Source: Cyanophora paradoxa CCMP329
Lineage: Eukaryota; Plantae; Glaucophyta
Direction: 5' to 3'
Assembly (NCBI GenBank): GCA_004431415.1
Contig: QPMI01000260.1
Location: forward strand, 1 to 64,000
DNA: 64,000 bases
Below the pieces are notes generated by a model. That model did not search any database and was not told where the DNA came from. It was given only the letters and a program-made list of their open reading frames with translations. Each line of letters begins with the position of its first letter. The stretch's first letter is position 1. The position numbers and the translations under genes were made by a program. This document shows, piece after piece, positions 24,591-36,119 of the stretch.

Positions 24591-26027
24591 AGCGAAGCCA
24601 CTGCGCGCGGTATATGCTTTATATACCGCACGCGAGCTCAAAGCTTGTATGAAGCTTGTACATAAGGAAGCTTGTATGATCATGAGCGCTCACGGTAGCT
24701 GGGGCCCGGGGAGCGAATTCGAATTAGTATCCGAACTCCCGCCGCGGCCGGCCAGGACTTCGTGATCCATGCTCCGCGGAATAAATCCGACGTGGCCCAT
24801 GCAGTCCGACTGAGTGGACTCAGCCGCGGCGGACTCAGTGACTTCCTCCACTTCCTTCTCTTCCCTTCCCTGTCCTCCACTCCGCTTGTCCAGTGCCTAG
24901 CCGCCCTGGGGCCTTGGCTCACTGAACTCGCAGCTGACGTCGCGTGTCTCGTCAATATGCATAGTTAAAAAGCACAGATAAGCCTAGCACTCACACGAAG
25001 GCAAAGAAAAATCTGCCTACTTGACGGCCTCGACGGCCGCAGGGGGCGTGGCACTCTCCTCGATGACAAATGAATCGATGATGACGAAGGACGAGAAAGG
25101 GTCGTCCACGGAATCCGCGTCGCCCATGGCGCCGAGGGACGACCCCGTCAGAGACATAGAAATGGCTGCTGCTGCCGCAACTGCAGCCGCACGCGAAGTG
25201 CGTTCTCGCTCTGCGGATGCAGAAGGGGCAGAAGACGCCCGCAGCGCCGTCGGAAGTGCAGCGCTAGACCCCGCTGCTCCTCCCGCAGATGAGGAAAGTG
25301 GATGAGCGCGGTTCGACGGTGTTGCCGCCGTGCTAGGCACGGCAGTCGATGGCCCTATTGTTGCACCTCGCTCCCGCTCACACCTCGCCCTATGAGGACC
25401 GAGGCCCTTTCTGCGACACGGTGAGAGTGCGGTCAGGCGCACGTGTAGGGCGAGTCCACTCACAGGTGTACGTCCTTGCCGCAGATCGGACATCGAGTGC
25501 GGCTCTCTCGGTCCCCCACAGGAGTCGATGCGGGCGTGGGCGACGACGCGCTCGCCGATCGATCGTCGGCCGGCGAGGCCGGCCCCCGCCGAGCGCTAGA
25601 CGAGGATCCGGCCCTGAGCGCGACGGATACATCTGCAGCATAAACGTGGGCTTTATGCGAGGGACGACCGAAGTGGCAAGGAGCACCAGGTTCCGGCGTC
25701 TCCCCGCCGTCCAGCCAGCGTGCTGCAGCGTAGCTGGCGAATTCATGGTAAGCAGCAAGCGCCTCGGAGCGCTTCATCCTCGCAACCGCGCCGGCCGATC
25801 ACAAAGAAGCTGACGAGGCTATGTAGTGGCTGCTCGAGCTCGCAGACCTCGTACACGACGAAAAGAAGAGCGGCCAGAGCACAAGCAATAGAAACTGCCA
25901 GGACTCGACGGCTGTTGCTTGTTAGCTTCAGCGGCTGGTGCGTCAACGGCACCGGCGGGGCGTGGTGCGACCGTGCCGCCGGTCCGTCACCGTCCGTGCA
26001 CGTGCGGGGTACACAGCAACTCGCGCC

Positions 26028-27903
26028 ATGCCCAGGTCCCTCGAGCTCGCGCTCGCGCTCGTACTGGGGGCTCTTGCCGCGCTAGCATGTGTCGCGAAGG
26101 TAGAAGGCACGCCTGCTGTTCCCGGCGCTGCGATTGGCGACGCGCTTCGAAAACACGGCCTGCAGCTCGGAGCAGACACGCAAGGGGTCGGCGAGCGGCA
26201 GCACCTCGAGCCTGCGGGGCTCGCGGCAGCGCCGACGGCCTCGGCCGACGACCTCGCGGCAAGCGCTGGGCCAGCGAGCACAGCGGGCGCCAGCAGGTGG
26301 ATGGCCAAGCTTCCGACTGCACGACGCCGAAGAGAAAAGGGCAGCGTAGAGCCGGGGAAGCCTCGGTCGGTCTTTTCCAAGCTGGAGTACGTGGGTTCGC
26401 CTGCGCTAAAGGCGAAAACCGACGTGGATCTCTCTGCGTACAACGCCTCCTTCCCCAAGCAGATGCCGGTGGGCAATGAATGTGAGGGCTGTTCTCTGAT
26501 CTGACGCCCTGCTTCGCGCTGCAGCCCCTTCGCGGACCTGGTCCGCTGGAAGAGCGCCCAGCGGACAGCACATGGTGGCCCTGGAGACCGCGCAGCGCTG
26601 GTGCTCGTGCCGATGAGTTCGCCTAGCCGCACGCTGAATGCGGGCGCACAGAGCGCGGGGTGTATATGACCCTGGCGACTCACAAGGTCCGTGGGCGCAG
26701 CGAGACGGGCAGTACTAGTGCCTTCGCGACCGAGCCTGCGTAGGAGTTTGTGGTCCCAGCACTGGTGCTCGCCTACTCGCTGCTGAGGACGAACACGTCG
26801 CACGTCCTGGTGTGCATGGTCACGGAGAAGATCACTGCCGAGGACCGGGCCCGCCTCGCCCGCGTTTATGACCGTATTGCCCTCGTCGGCCAGCTCCGGT
26901 AAGGGCGACCCCCCCCCCCTCCCCCCCCTCCCCCCCTCCCCTCCCCCCCCCCGCCCCCTCTTCCCCCCCCCCCCCCCCCCCCCCTCCCTGACTCTAAGAT
27001 CTACGCAGATACGATGGGAAACCAGACTTGCAGAGCGAATCTTGGGCAAAACTTTGCGCTTACCTCTTCGTAGAGTACCCCAAGGTAGCTGGGGCGGGGC
27101 CTGCACTGGCCCTGCAGCGCGAGGAGCCGGGCTCTGAGTGGCGGTGGTAGGTGTTGTTCCTGGACGCAGATATCGTCGTGACGAGCAACATTGACGAGCT
27201 TTTCGAGTGCACCCCCCCTTGTGCCGTGATCGACATGGGCGTGTGGCAAACCACGGTCCACGGCCCCTCGATCAACTCGGGTGTCTACCTTCTGAGGTGC
27301 GTGCGGCGCTATGGCCGGCTGCAGCGCGACGACGGGACGCAGGCCATCGCGGGTGACGTATGAGGAGCTGGCAGGACACGCGCCGGGCTGGCGGCACGAG
27401 CGGGACGAGATTACGGTTCTTCCATGGCGCGTGGAGGACAGGGCGCACTGGGGCCAGCCGGAGGCGGAGCTGGTGTACACGGGCCCTTACGATCAGGCGC
27501 TCGTGAACCGCGTGTACGAGCACGAGATCACTGTCCTCCCCTATTACTACAACTTCCTCACTTACATCGCCGCCCCCGAGCTTCAGGTCCGTCCCGCCCT
27601 GCCATGGTGCTGTCGTTCCTCATGATCTCGGCCCGCAGGTTAACCGCGACTGGCTCCTGGAGGAGCCAGAGCTCATAAAGGTGAAGCCGCAGCTGGGCTC
27701 ACGGAGTTGCGTCCCAGCATGACACCCTGCAGGTAGTGCACTTCGCGACGTACAAGCCGTGGGTGCAGCGGCCCAACGACGGCCTCCAAATCTGGTTCTC
27801 CTGGTGGTGCGGCTGCTCCCGTGCTTCCCCCCCGGATGATGCGCCTGTGCGGGGCAGTAACTACCGCAGGTGGGAGCTCTACCTTGAGATGCCCACTCTC
27901 TAG
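26028..27903 (+). CDS. Glycosyltransferase family 8 (glycogenin-like) with N-terminal signal peptide/anchor
   Basis: Motifs MPRSLELALALVLGALAALAC, ALVLAYSLLRTNT, FAKLYLF, VLFLDAD (DxD), INSGVYLL, DQALVN and HFATYKPW. Confidence 0.85.
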
Positions 27904-28104
27904 CGCTAGCCACCGGCCTGAGTGCCCAGCCACGAGCTCGAGTGCTGTAGTTTACATCAAAGTAACACGTTATATTAAACTGCAGAAAAAGAGGACAGAA
28001 AAGTGAAGGGCCGAAAAAAATCCAGGGTGTGAATGAAGGGCGAGGCGGGTGAGGATTGAAAGGGCGTTCGATGGGTCAAAAAAACCCTAAAAAATGAACG
28101 CGAT

Positions 28105-30502
28105 CTAACAAGGGGTAAGCTCCAGCGGATCAGCGGTTGGGAGCTCAAGCTCGAAAGGTAAACTGAACGAATATTGCCGCAGGGGCTCTACAGCCTGGAC
28201 GAGGCGGGCGAGGAGAGGGCCCCGGTCTATCAAGAAAGACCCCTGCTCGTACCATGCCTCGACAAGGGCGGGTGGGAGGCCCGCAAGGCCAGCAAGGTAG
28301 TCCGCGAGCGCCCGCTGCGCGTTCATGATGACTTGGGGCAAGGCGGGGGTGGGAAAGCTACGCGACGTGCGGGCACCTTGTTCAGGGCAACTCGAACCCA
28401 GCTCGCCAGCTTCGCGTCTTTGACCATCTGAAGGGAAGATGGGGAGTTAAAGGAGGCAGATGGGTACATGAGTGCTGCGGAGAAGCGCGCACGTACCACT
28501 GCTGCAGCATTGGGCCCCGCATCCGACAGCTCGGCCATCTGAGCGTTTGGCAGTTGCAGCGCTGGAGCAGCGGAAGCGCGATCCGGAACTGCGCACCAGA
28601 TCCACGACTGCCACACTATCGGCCATCCCAGCCCCGCCGGGTGCTGCCAGGTCGGTCAGCAAGGGATCCCTTCTTGTGAAGGCGGCCGCACAGCGTGAGG
28701 CATGCTCCAGGAAGTCCCAGGCATGTGCAACCGCGCCACGGGGTCCGGGCTGCCGCAGGCCGCGGTCGAGGCTGGCGGCTACCGCTTCAGAAAGGGCCGT
28801 GATCCACGGGTTCCGACTGTCACGTTCGACCTGCACTCTTATGGGCCCTGCAGGCTGAGAAAAGTTGGCGATGAGAAGACGGACCTCGTCGGACAGCGAA
28901 CGGCAGTGCTCGGCAAGGCCTGCACACCCATGTAAGCTGGACGGAACCTCTTTCTTGTTCTTCCTCGAGCCTTCACGCACGATCGACAGCAAATGATAAT
29001 GATCGCGCGAGGACCTCCTTGGCGGCGTCGCTGTGGGGGTCGCTGTACGCCGCTTCGCCGAATTCGAAAACGGCCGAGGCGCTCCGTCTTGCCGAGAGCG
29101 GGGGCGGCAGTGGCGACGGAGAGCTCGGCGACGCCGTCTCCGACTCGGGCGAGGCGGGCGTCAACGCTCGCGGGCTCGCGCCGGAGAGCCGGGGTACCGA
29201 AGCGGGCGATGCGCTCTCCTGCGCGAAAGGAACGCCGGTGCTTAGTGCCCAGGGGCCGCAGAAGTGCAAGAGGAAGTGTGCACGACGGAGGGCGCTTTGA
29301 GACTGCCGGCGGCGGGCGCGGCAGCCCGGTGGGAGTAGGGGGTGTCAGGAAGTGTGGGCGGCGAGCTGGAGGCGGATGTGATGCGCGCCGCGGCCGTCGC
29401 GGCAGGGCATGACCCGACAGAGGAGCGGGAAGAGGTGGAAGCCGCCGAGGGAGGGTAGCTCGCCCGCGCCGGCGCCGGCCGCCGCTGTGCGGCCGCGCCA
29501 CTGCCTGGTTGCGGTGCTCGGGACGAGACGCGACGGGGAGGGTCGGACGACGGCCCGTGACGCTGGGACACTGACGCTGGAAGGCGGGCACGGATATCGT
29601 CTAAGGCCTCGGCGAGGAGGCGCAGTGAGCTTTCGACGCCTGAACGGAAAACTGTGAGGCCGTCCATGGTCGCCTGCACCTCCTCGAGCCGCCGTGCCTG
29701 AGCCTCTCGCGCAGCCACGAGGCGCTCAACCTGCTGCACATTAGCAACTGCTCGGCGCGCCCCGCGCGGCGCGGCGCACCTCCGCCCGCAGCGCCTGCTC
29801 CGCCTCCCCCAGCCGGTCTATCAACGATGTCTCCATTCTCTGAGCACAGAGTCACCGGCCGGCGGCGGCGCCAGCGGGGGATCTGCGCACGCTTAACAAC
29901 TCCTCCATTGGCGGACGCCTCCCTTGAGCTTCCGCATGCCTGTCCGTTCCTTTTTCCTCCGAGAAGCGTCCGTCTGCCACCGATGGTGGCTCCTCCGGCA
30001 GCCGACCGTTCTCGCCTTCTGGAGCAGCCTCTACAGGGAGCCGTGCACGGGACGCCTGCTGGGGTGTGATGTTCGGGCGGGCGAGCAGGCTGAAGCGAGC
30101 GCACGGAGAGCCGCTGTTCCATATCGTCGAGCCTTTCCGAAACTGGAACGAAATTCAAAGACGAGACATGGATGGGGCCTGACTGGAAAATCAATACCGT
30201 CTTTGGTTACGTCAAGGTGCACTCTTGCACTTTCCACGAAGCTGCCCACTCTCCCGTCGAGCTCAGCGAGGCTGCGCAACGGCGGGCGTTGACAGGCGGC
30301 GATGGAAGATGCACGAGGCACGGACCGGTCATCGAGCCCAGCGTATTTTACTTCAAGATCTCCCGCGAGGCCCTTCGAGAACGCCATTGCGGAGCCAAAT
30401 GAGTGCGGGAAATCGAGGAGCGAAGGAGTGTGTTGGAAGAGGGAGGGGGGGGGAGGGGAAGGGGAGCGGGAGGAGGCAGCGAAGGGAGGGAGGAGGGGAG
30501 GT

Positions 30503-30533
<31 letters not shown>

Positions 30534-32786
30534 AGGGGACGGGGGAGGAGGGGCGGGGGGTGCAGCGAATGACAGACCAGCACAGCAGGCCGTTGATTCT
30601 TCTAGTCTTTCTTTCTTGGGTTCCCCTGTTCTAGTCTTTCTATCTTGGGTTCCCCAGTCTAGTCTTACCGCGATACGACCATCGATGTGCGCGAGCTGGC
30701 CCTCGAGCCCCACCACCCGCAGTTCGAGTTCTTCCAGCTCAAAAAGCTGCGCCCCCGGCTCAGCTGCCGCCGCGACCCCGAGCAAGCCTCCCGTACCTCG
30801 TCCTCAGAAGCGCAGGGGCGGAGGGGCGCCGGCGACGCCGACGAGGTTCGAGGTGTGCCTCCCCTGCAACGCTGTCGGCGTGGCCTCGTGGCGCGAAGCA
30901 GCCGGCGTACGAGGAAGACGGCCTTCGTCGACGACGCAGGCCGGAGCGGGCGTCGCGAGGCGTGCCGGAGGCCTCCCCATCGTCTTCCCGCCGCTGGCGC
31001 GAGAGGCGCTCCTGAGCAGCTTTGATCTGCAAAAGAGATTAGGGGTGCGGGGCGTGCGGGAGGGTGGCGGGCCTGGACGGCGGCGGCGCGCTCAGCGGAG
31101 GCGGCGGAGACTGCTAGGGCGGCCATCGCCTCGTCGACGGTGCGCAGGCGCTGAGCCAGCTCAGCGTGCGAGGTGCGCAGGGCGCCCACCGCCGAAGCTG
31201 TGCCGGCGGCCTGAGACTGCAACAGCGAGATTAACGCCTTCGAGTTGCAGAAGTCGGATTGTAGGGTCTGCAGGGACGAGATTGCGCCCCAACTGAGACG
31301 AAGACCGCCGAGCTCCTCCTGCCGCCCGCGTTCTCGTCAAAATACACGGAGCTGACGTGCGACGCGGCGAGCGCACCTCGAGTAGGCGCAAGCGGACTTC
31401 GAGACCCTCCAGCCGGCTCCCCGCTATCTCCACCGGCGGGCTCGGCCGCCGCGGAAGGCCCGATCCCGGTTGAGCGACCTGCTCCTCAGACGGGGAGCGG
31501 ACCGCTCGTGCACCGGCGCGCAGGGCGGCCGTCACATGCTCCACCCTGCTTGCGGATAAGCGTTTGGTTTGCATGGTTCGGTTTGCTTAAAGCGGTGCAG
31601 TTTGAGTACCTGGCCTCGACGACCGCTGCGGCTTTCTCCGCCCGCTCGCTCGCTTGCAGGCAAACCGCTTCTAGCACGTCGATCCGCGCCGCGGCCTCGG
31701 CGCGGGCGCGGGCCTCCGAGTCGGAGAGGCGGGCGACGGAGTCCGCGGCGCGAGCTGCGACCTCGCGGGCAGCCCGCGCCTCCTCTTCGACCTCCAGAAG
31801 CTCCACCTCCAAACGTCCGGCGCGCCGCGCCCCGTCCTGCACACTGGTCACCCTGGGAGAGCTGTCGTCACAAGGACGACGGGTCGGAACCTTGGCGGCG
31901 CAGTCCAGGCGGGAGACAAGGACATCGGTCTGCTGTTGCTGGCTTTCAAGCATCGCCACCCGCGGCTCCAGATCATCTTGAATCGCTGAAGAACAACGCG
32001 ACGAGTCCTCTGCCATCGCAGCACAGTGGTCCACGTCCTGCGGTAAGCTAAGACGCATACCGACGTGCGGTTGGCCCCCGCCGCGGACCCGCCGGAGTGC
32101 CGCAATCGCCCGCTCTCGTTCCCGCTCCCTCGCCTCTGCCTGTGCACGGTTATCCGCTAGTCCTCGTCCGATAGCTTGAAGTTCATCCTGATCGAGGGGC
32201 CGCATGTTGACAGCGGCGGGCGGCGGGTCATTGATTGCGTACCGCCAGGCCCCGCTCGAGTTGCCCTAACCGCTGCGTAAACTGGGAGCGGTCTGGTTCA
32301 TCGGATGCGTTCTTTGGCAAGGCCCGCGCTGCTGTGGTCTGCTCCTAGCTCAGATGCGGCGACGTACCAGCGCTTTCCAAGGCTTACCTCGAGCGCGGAG
32401 AGTGCATCCACCTTCGCTGAGAGCTCCTCAAATTTGCGCTGCTCCGGCGTCCGCTGAGCCTCGATTCGGCCAAGCGCTCCTTCAATTTCGGTCAAGCGCT
32501 CCTTCAGACGACGCGTAGCGCCCTCGTTCTGTTCTTGCCAATGCGCCAGCACCGACCGCTGCAGGTCGAATCCAAGCCTCTCAACGGCAGTGATGAGTTG
32601 GTCGCGCTCACGCTCCTGTTCGAGCAGACGCGCCTCCAGCTTCTGTTCCAGCTTCTGCAGAAGCCGTGCTTCCAGCTTCGATTCGATCGAAGCTTCCAGC
32701 TTGCAATCCAGCTTCGATTCGATCCGTGCATCACACTCGTTCTGGTCTCGCCAGTTGCTGTCGGCATCCGCGAGGTGCTCTACCAT
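28105..32786 (-). CDS. Large coiled-coil protein with C-terminal RUN domain (may be two genes)
   Basis: C-terminal segments LDRGL…AWDFL…ASWVRVALNK…LADYL…WYEQGSFL…LRQYSFSL fit RUN blocks. Upstream exons are heptad-rich. Confidence 0.6.
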
Positions 32787-33077
32787 GACAGCGCGCCCGA
32801 CGAGCTCGAGGCCAGGGTGCGACGTCAACGTCTTCCCGCGGTCTGCAGAGTTTATACCCCGGTCTCATTCCCCGGGCTACTTTGCAACAAACCGAAGCTT
32901 CTTCCAGGTCCGCCGCATGCGCACTCAGCACAAACCTGACCGTCGCCATCCTACTGAAAGTGAAATTGACCAACTATATCTTTCCGCAGCAGCTGCCAGC
33001 CTCGCTGTTCCGGCGCTACGTCCTTCCCGCCTGGACGTCTGCGAGCAGCTTAAAACCGACCGGATACTCTCAACAAC

Positions 33078-33467
33078 ATGACTCGTCAGTTGGCCAGCCG
33101 CTCGCCGCGCTGCCAGCGCGGAGCGTGTTCATGTGGTTGACACGCTCTTGCAGGCGGAAACCAACGCGACCGCGATCGGGAGCGCGCTGCGAATCGTGCA
33201 AAGGAGGGCCCTGCCAAGAAGAAGGACGGAGATCCTGCAAAGCGCCTGACCAAGTACGCTCAACTTCCTCTTGGAATGCTATTTCTAAGCACTGCATTGC
33301 GTCGCAGGGATGCGGACATTATGAAAGAGAAGCAGAGGCTGGCGGACGAAAAGAGGCAGCAAGATGAAGAAAAGCGCCTCAGGGAAGAAGCTGAAAAGAG
33401 AGCTCTTGTTCAAAAACAGAAGCTGGAGAAGACCGACAACGTATCTTCTGCCCCGAAGACCAACTAG
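33078..33467 (+). CDS. SERF: Small EDRK-rich factor (SERF/4F5)
   Basis: Spliced MTRGNQRDRDRERAANRAK…DADIMKEKQ; two short introns. Confidence 0.88.
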
Positions 33468-33540
33468 GTGAGAAGCATCGCCCAGCAACGCATCCAGTCC
33501 GTGTGCTAGTGGAACGCACCTATACCTTTCTGTTTTCCCA

Positions 33541-33701
33541 GTCCAATTTTGCATGGCCTTACTCTCCTTGGAGGGCCACCCAGGGCCCGGCTGGCCACAC
33601 TCGCTGGTGGGCTGGGCCCGCGGCTGCGGCGGCCGCAGTCACTGAGTGTACATCCCACACTTGTAGCCCGGACTTGCAATTTCAGTATGTGACCAAATGC
33701 T
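33541..33701 (+). repeat. Dispersed repeat R1 (short variant)
   Basis: GTCCAATTTTGCATGGCCTTACTCTCCTTG … GTACATCCCACACTTGTAGCCCGG … CCAAATGCT. Confidence 0.88.
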
Positions 33702-34229
33702 AGAAGTTACGTCAAGCAGAGGCCCGTTCGCCGTTCCAGGCCTGGCTGCAGCTGATCCCCCTGCCAGGCCCCTGCCGCATTGCCAAGCACCAGACCCCTG
33801 CCAGGCTGTGTGATAATGATGCCTGGCCGAGGCCTAGGGCGACCCGTGCACGCCGCCGGTGCCGGCAGCCTGTGTACATATGCATGCCGTCATGATCAGT
33901 AATTAATTATAAGTACTATGATAATCATTGAATTATAAGCGCTAGCGCTAGCCGCTGAGCTTCAATTGCCGCAGCGGATGCGCGCATGCGCATGTGCATG
34001 CGCATGCGCATGAAAGAAAGCTAGGCCCGGCTTCGATCGAGATCGATCGAATATATTCAAGCTTCAAATTTTTACTAGTTAACTTATATTAGGGTTGAAC
34101 TTCCGCAAAGTTGGAACTTTGAAAGGGGTATACGTGGTCCGACCCAAGTCAAGGTGGCCTGTTCCAGCAGCGCTCTCTGGGCCTCTAGCTATATTCGACT
34201 CGGCGATACAAAAAGAATTCAGTGGCGAT

Positions 34230-35981
34230 ATGGGTGCGCAGTTGTAGCTCCGTACGCGGCGCGTCACTAACCGGCAGCGCATCGGTAGCACACGAGAACG
34301 AGGACACGGAGGACCCGGAGGACCCGGACGAGAACGAGGACGTCGAAGATGAGGAGGCAGACGGCGCGGACGTGTGGGAGGAGGGTGCACCGCTCTGCAC
34401 AGCTCGTTGACGGTCGCTTTGTGCTTCCACCACGCGCAGAGATCTGGGAGGAGGCGCCCGATGTGGACGCTGCAGCAGGCGGTATCGTGTACTCGCAAGC
34501 GATCGATTTGACAGTGCGCCCCGCGGAGTTACCAGCCGGCACTGTCGCTCATTGCGCCAGCCAGGACGCGAACATGTGGGACGACAGCGCGCTCATCAAA
34601 GCGTTCGACGAGAGTGTCGCTAAGTATCAGGTGCCACGAAGCCAGGAACGGAGCAGTCCGGCTCAGCGCGTGCTGACCAAAGCCTCAGATTGCGCATAAG
34701 CTGAAGGGCGCCTCGGGTGTGAAGAATGTCAGGTGCAAGAGGAATCTGAGTTTTTAGTGCAATCTGGACGTTCTAAAACCGTTACAGGCCCGGGTCGAAC
34801 GCTGTCGTATCTGAGGTGCGATCTCGTCAGTAGCCATCATTCGAAGACAGAATGTGTCTGCAGGGACACAAGAAAACGAAGGAAAAGCGGGAGGGCGATG
34901 GGAAGGAGAAAACGAAAGGTCGGCCGTGTCTCAGTCGAGCGTGTTTACGTCTAAAACACCGGCAGAGAAGAAAAACCCGAAGGACAAAGAAGGCGGGAAG
35001 GACAAAGAAGCCCGCAAGAAGGAGAAAGAGGAAAGGCGCCGGGAGAAGGAATTGAAGAAACGAGAGAAGGAGGAGAAGAAGCTGAGGAAGAAAGCCTCGG
35101 AGGAAAGCGCCGCCGCACTACCTTCTGATGGAAGCAGCCCTTTCGGCACCGGCCCCGGGTATCCTTACGGCTGGCCTCCGTGCGCATCTTATCTGCGGGT
35201 CCTTCTTCTTTTAGATCATACTCGGCAGAGAGTGGGTGGCGTACTACTCGTCGTTCTACGGTGGTGAAGCGAGTTTCACTGGATGTCCTCAGACAGTATC
35301 GCCAGAGCCCGGCCTTGGCTCCGCACAGCAGGTGCATCCTTTCTGCTCCTCGCTTTTATCGCATTATCACTCGAGTGACGATGAGCAGGCGCACGCTGCC
35401 GCACGCCCCGCCACAGGGCGCGCGCGGAAGGTGCGCTCGACAGCTGGCGGGAATGAAGGCGCTTCAGGGGCAGTGCTCGACGACGGCAACTCTGGGGATG
35501 ACGGGCATGTTTTGTTCTATGAGGACGGCGTGCCCGTTGCTCCGGTCACCTCCTCCGCCTCTGCGGGACGGCCAGTTTCGCACCACATCCCGCGCAAGGT
35601 GTGTAGCTTCTTCCGTTCAGCTGTGGCGACGTCTGACCCGCTGCAGACGTACTCACCCCCCCCTACGTTGGGTTCCCCTCCGCCGCCAGTGCACCCTCGA
35701 CCGCGGTCAGCAGCTTCTTCTGCGCGACGGCCGCCCGCGGGGCCTGGTTCGTAATCGTCTCGATCCCTCTCTCGATCCACTGAGGCGCAGCTGCAGACGT
35801 GTTTGGAGCGGCGGAAGCGGCGCGCGGCCAACAGGAGGCATTCTCGCGATGCATGCTGGCGTGGTACTACGCCGGCTTCTACGCGGGGCAGTACCAGGTG
35901 CAGTGCGCAGTGTGCAGTATCTACACGGAGCCAGCTGAACCCTCGCAGGCGCAGTACCTGCAGCCCGCCCGTGAGCGCTAG
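34230..35981 (+). CDS. SMN: Survival motor neuron-like protein
   Basis: Gemin2-binding motif WDDSALIKAFDESVAKY and YG-box MLAWYYAGFYAGQYQ. Confidence 0.85.
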
Positions 35982-36119
35982 GCAGGACCTTTACAGCTGT
36001 CGAAATAATACTAAAATTCGTAAGGAACTGAGGGAAGGGGAGGGAGGGGGGAGAGGGGGGAAAGGGAGGGAGGGGGGGGGGAGAGAGAGAGGGGGGGGGT
36101 GTTGGGATTTCACGGATCA

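Noticed and set aside
25021-25950. Possible small gene upstream of the GT8 gene
   Set aside because: Only short low-complexity ORFs; no recognisable domain or convincing exon chain.
30736-30750. 15-nt reverse-complement match to 5598-5612 as a target of the ghost guide
   Set aside because: Only 12 nt fall in the guide, the match stops abruptly, and it was found post hoc; chance cannot be excluded.
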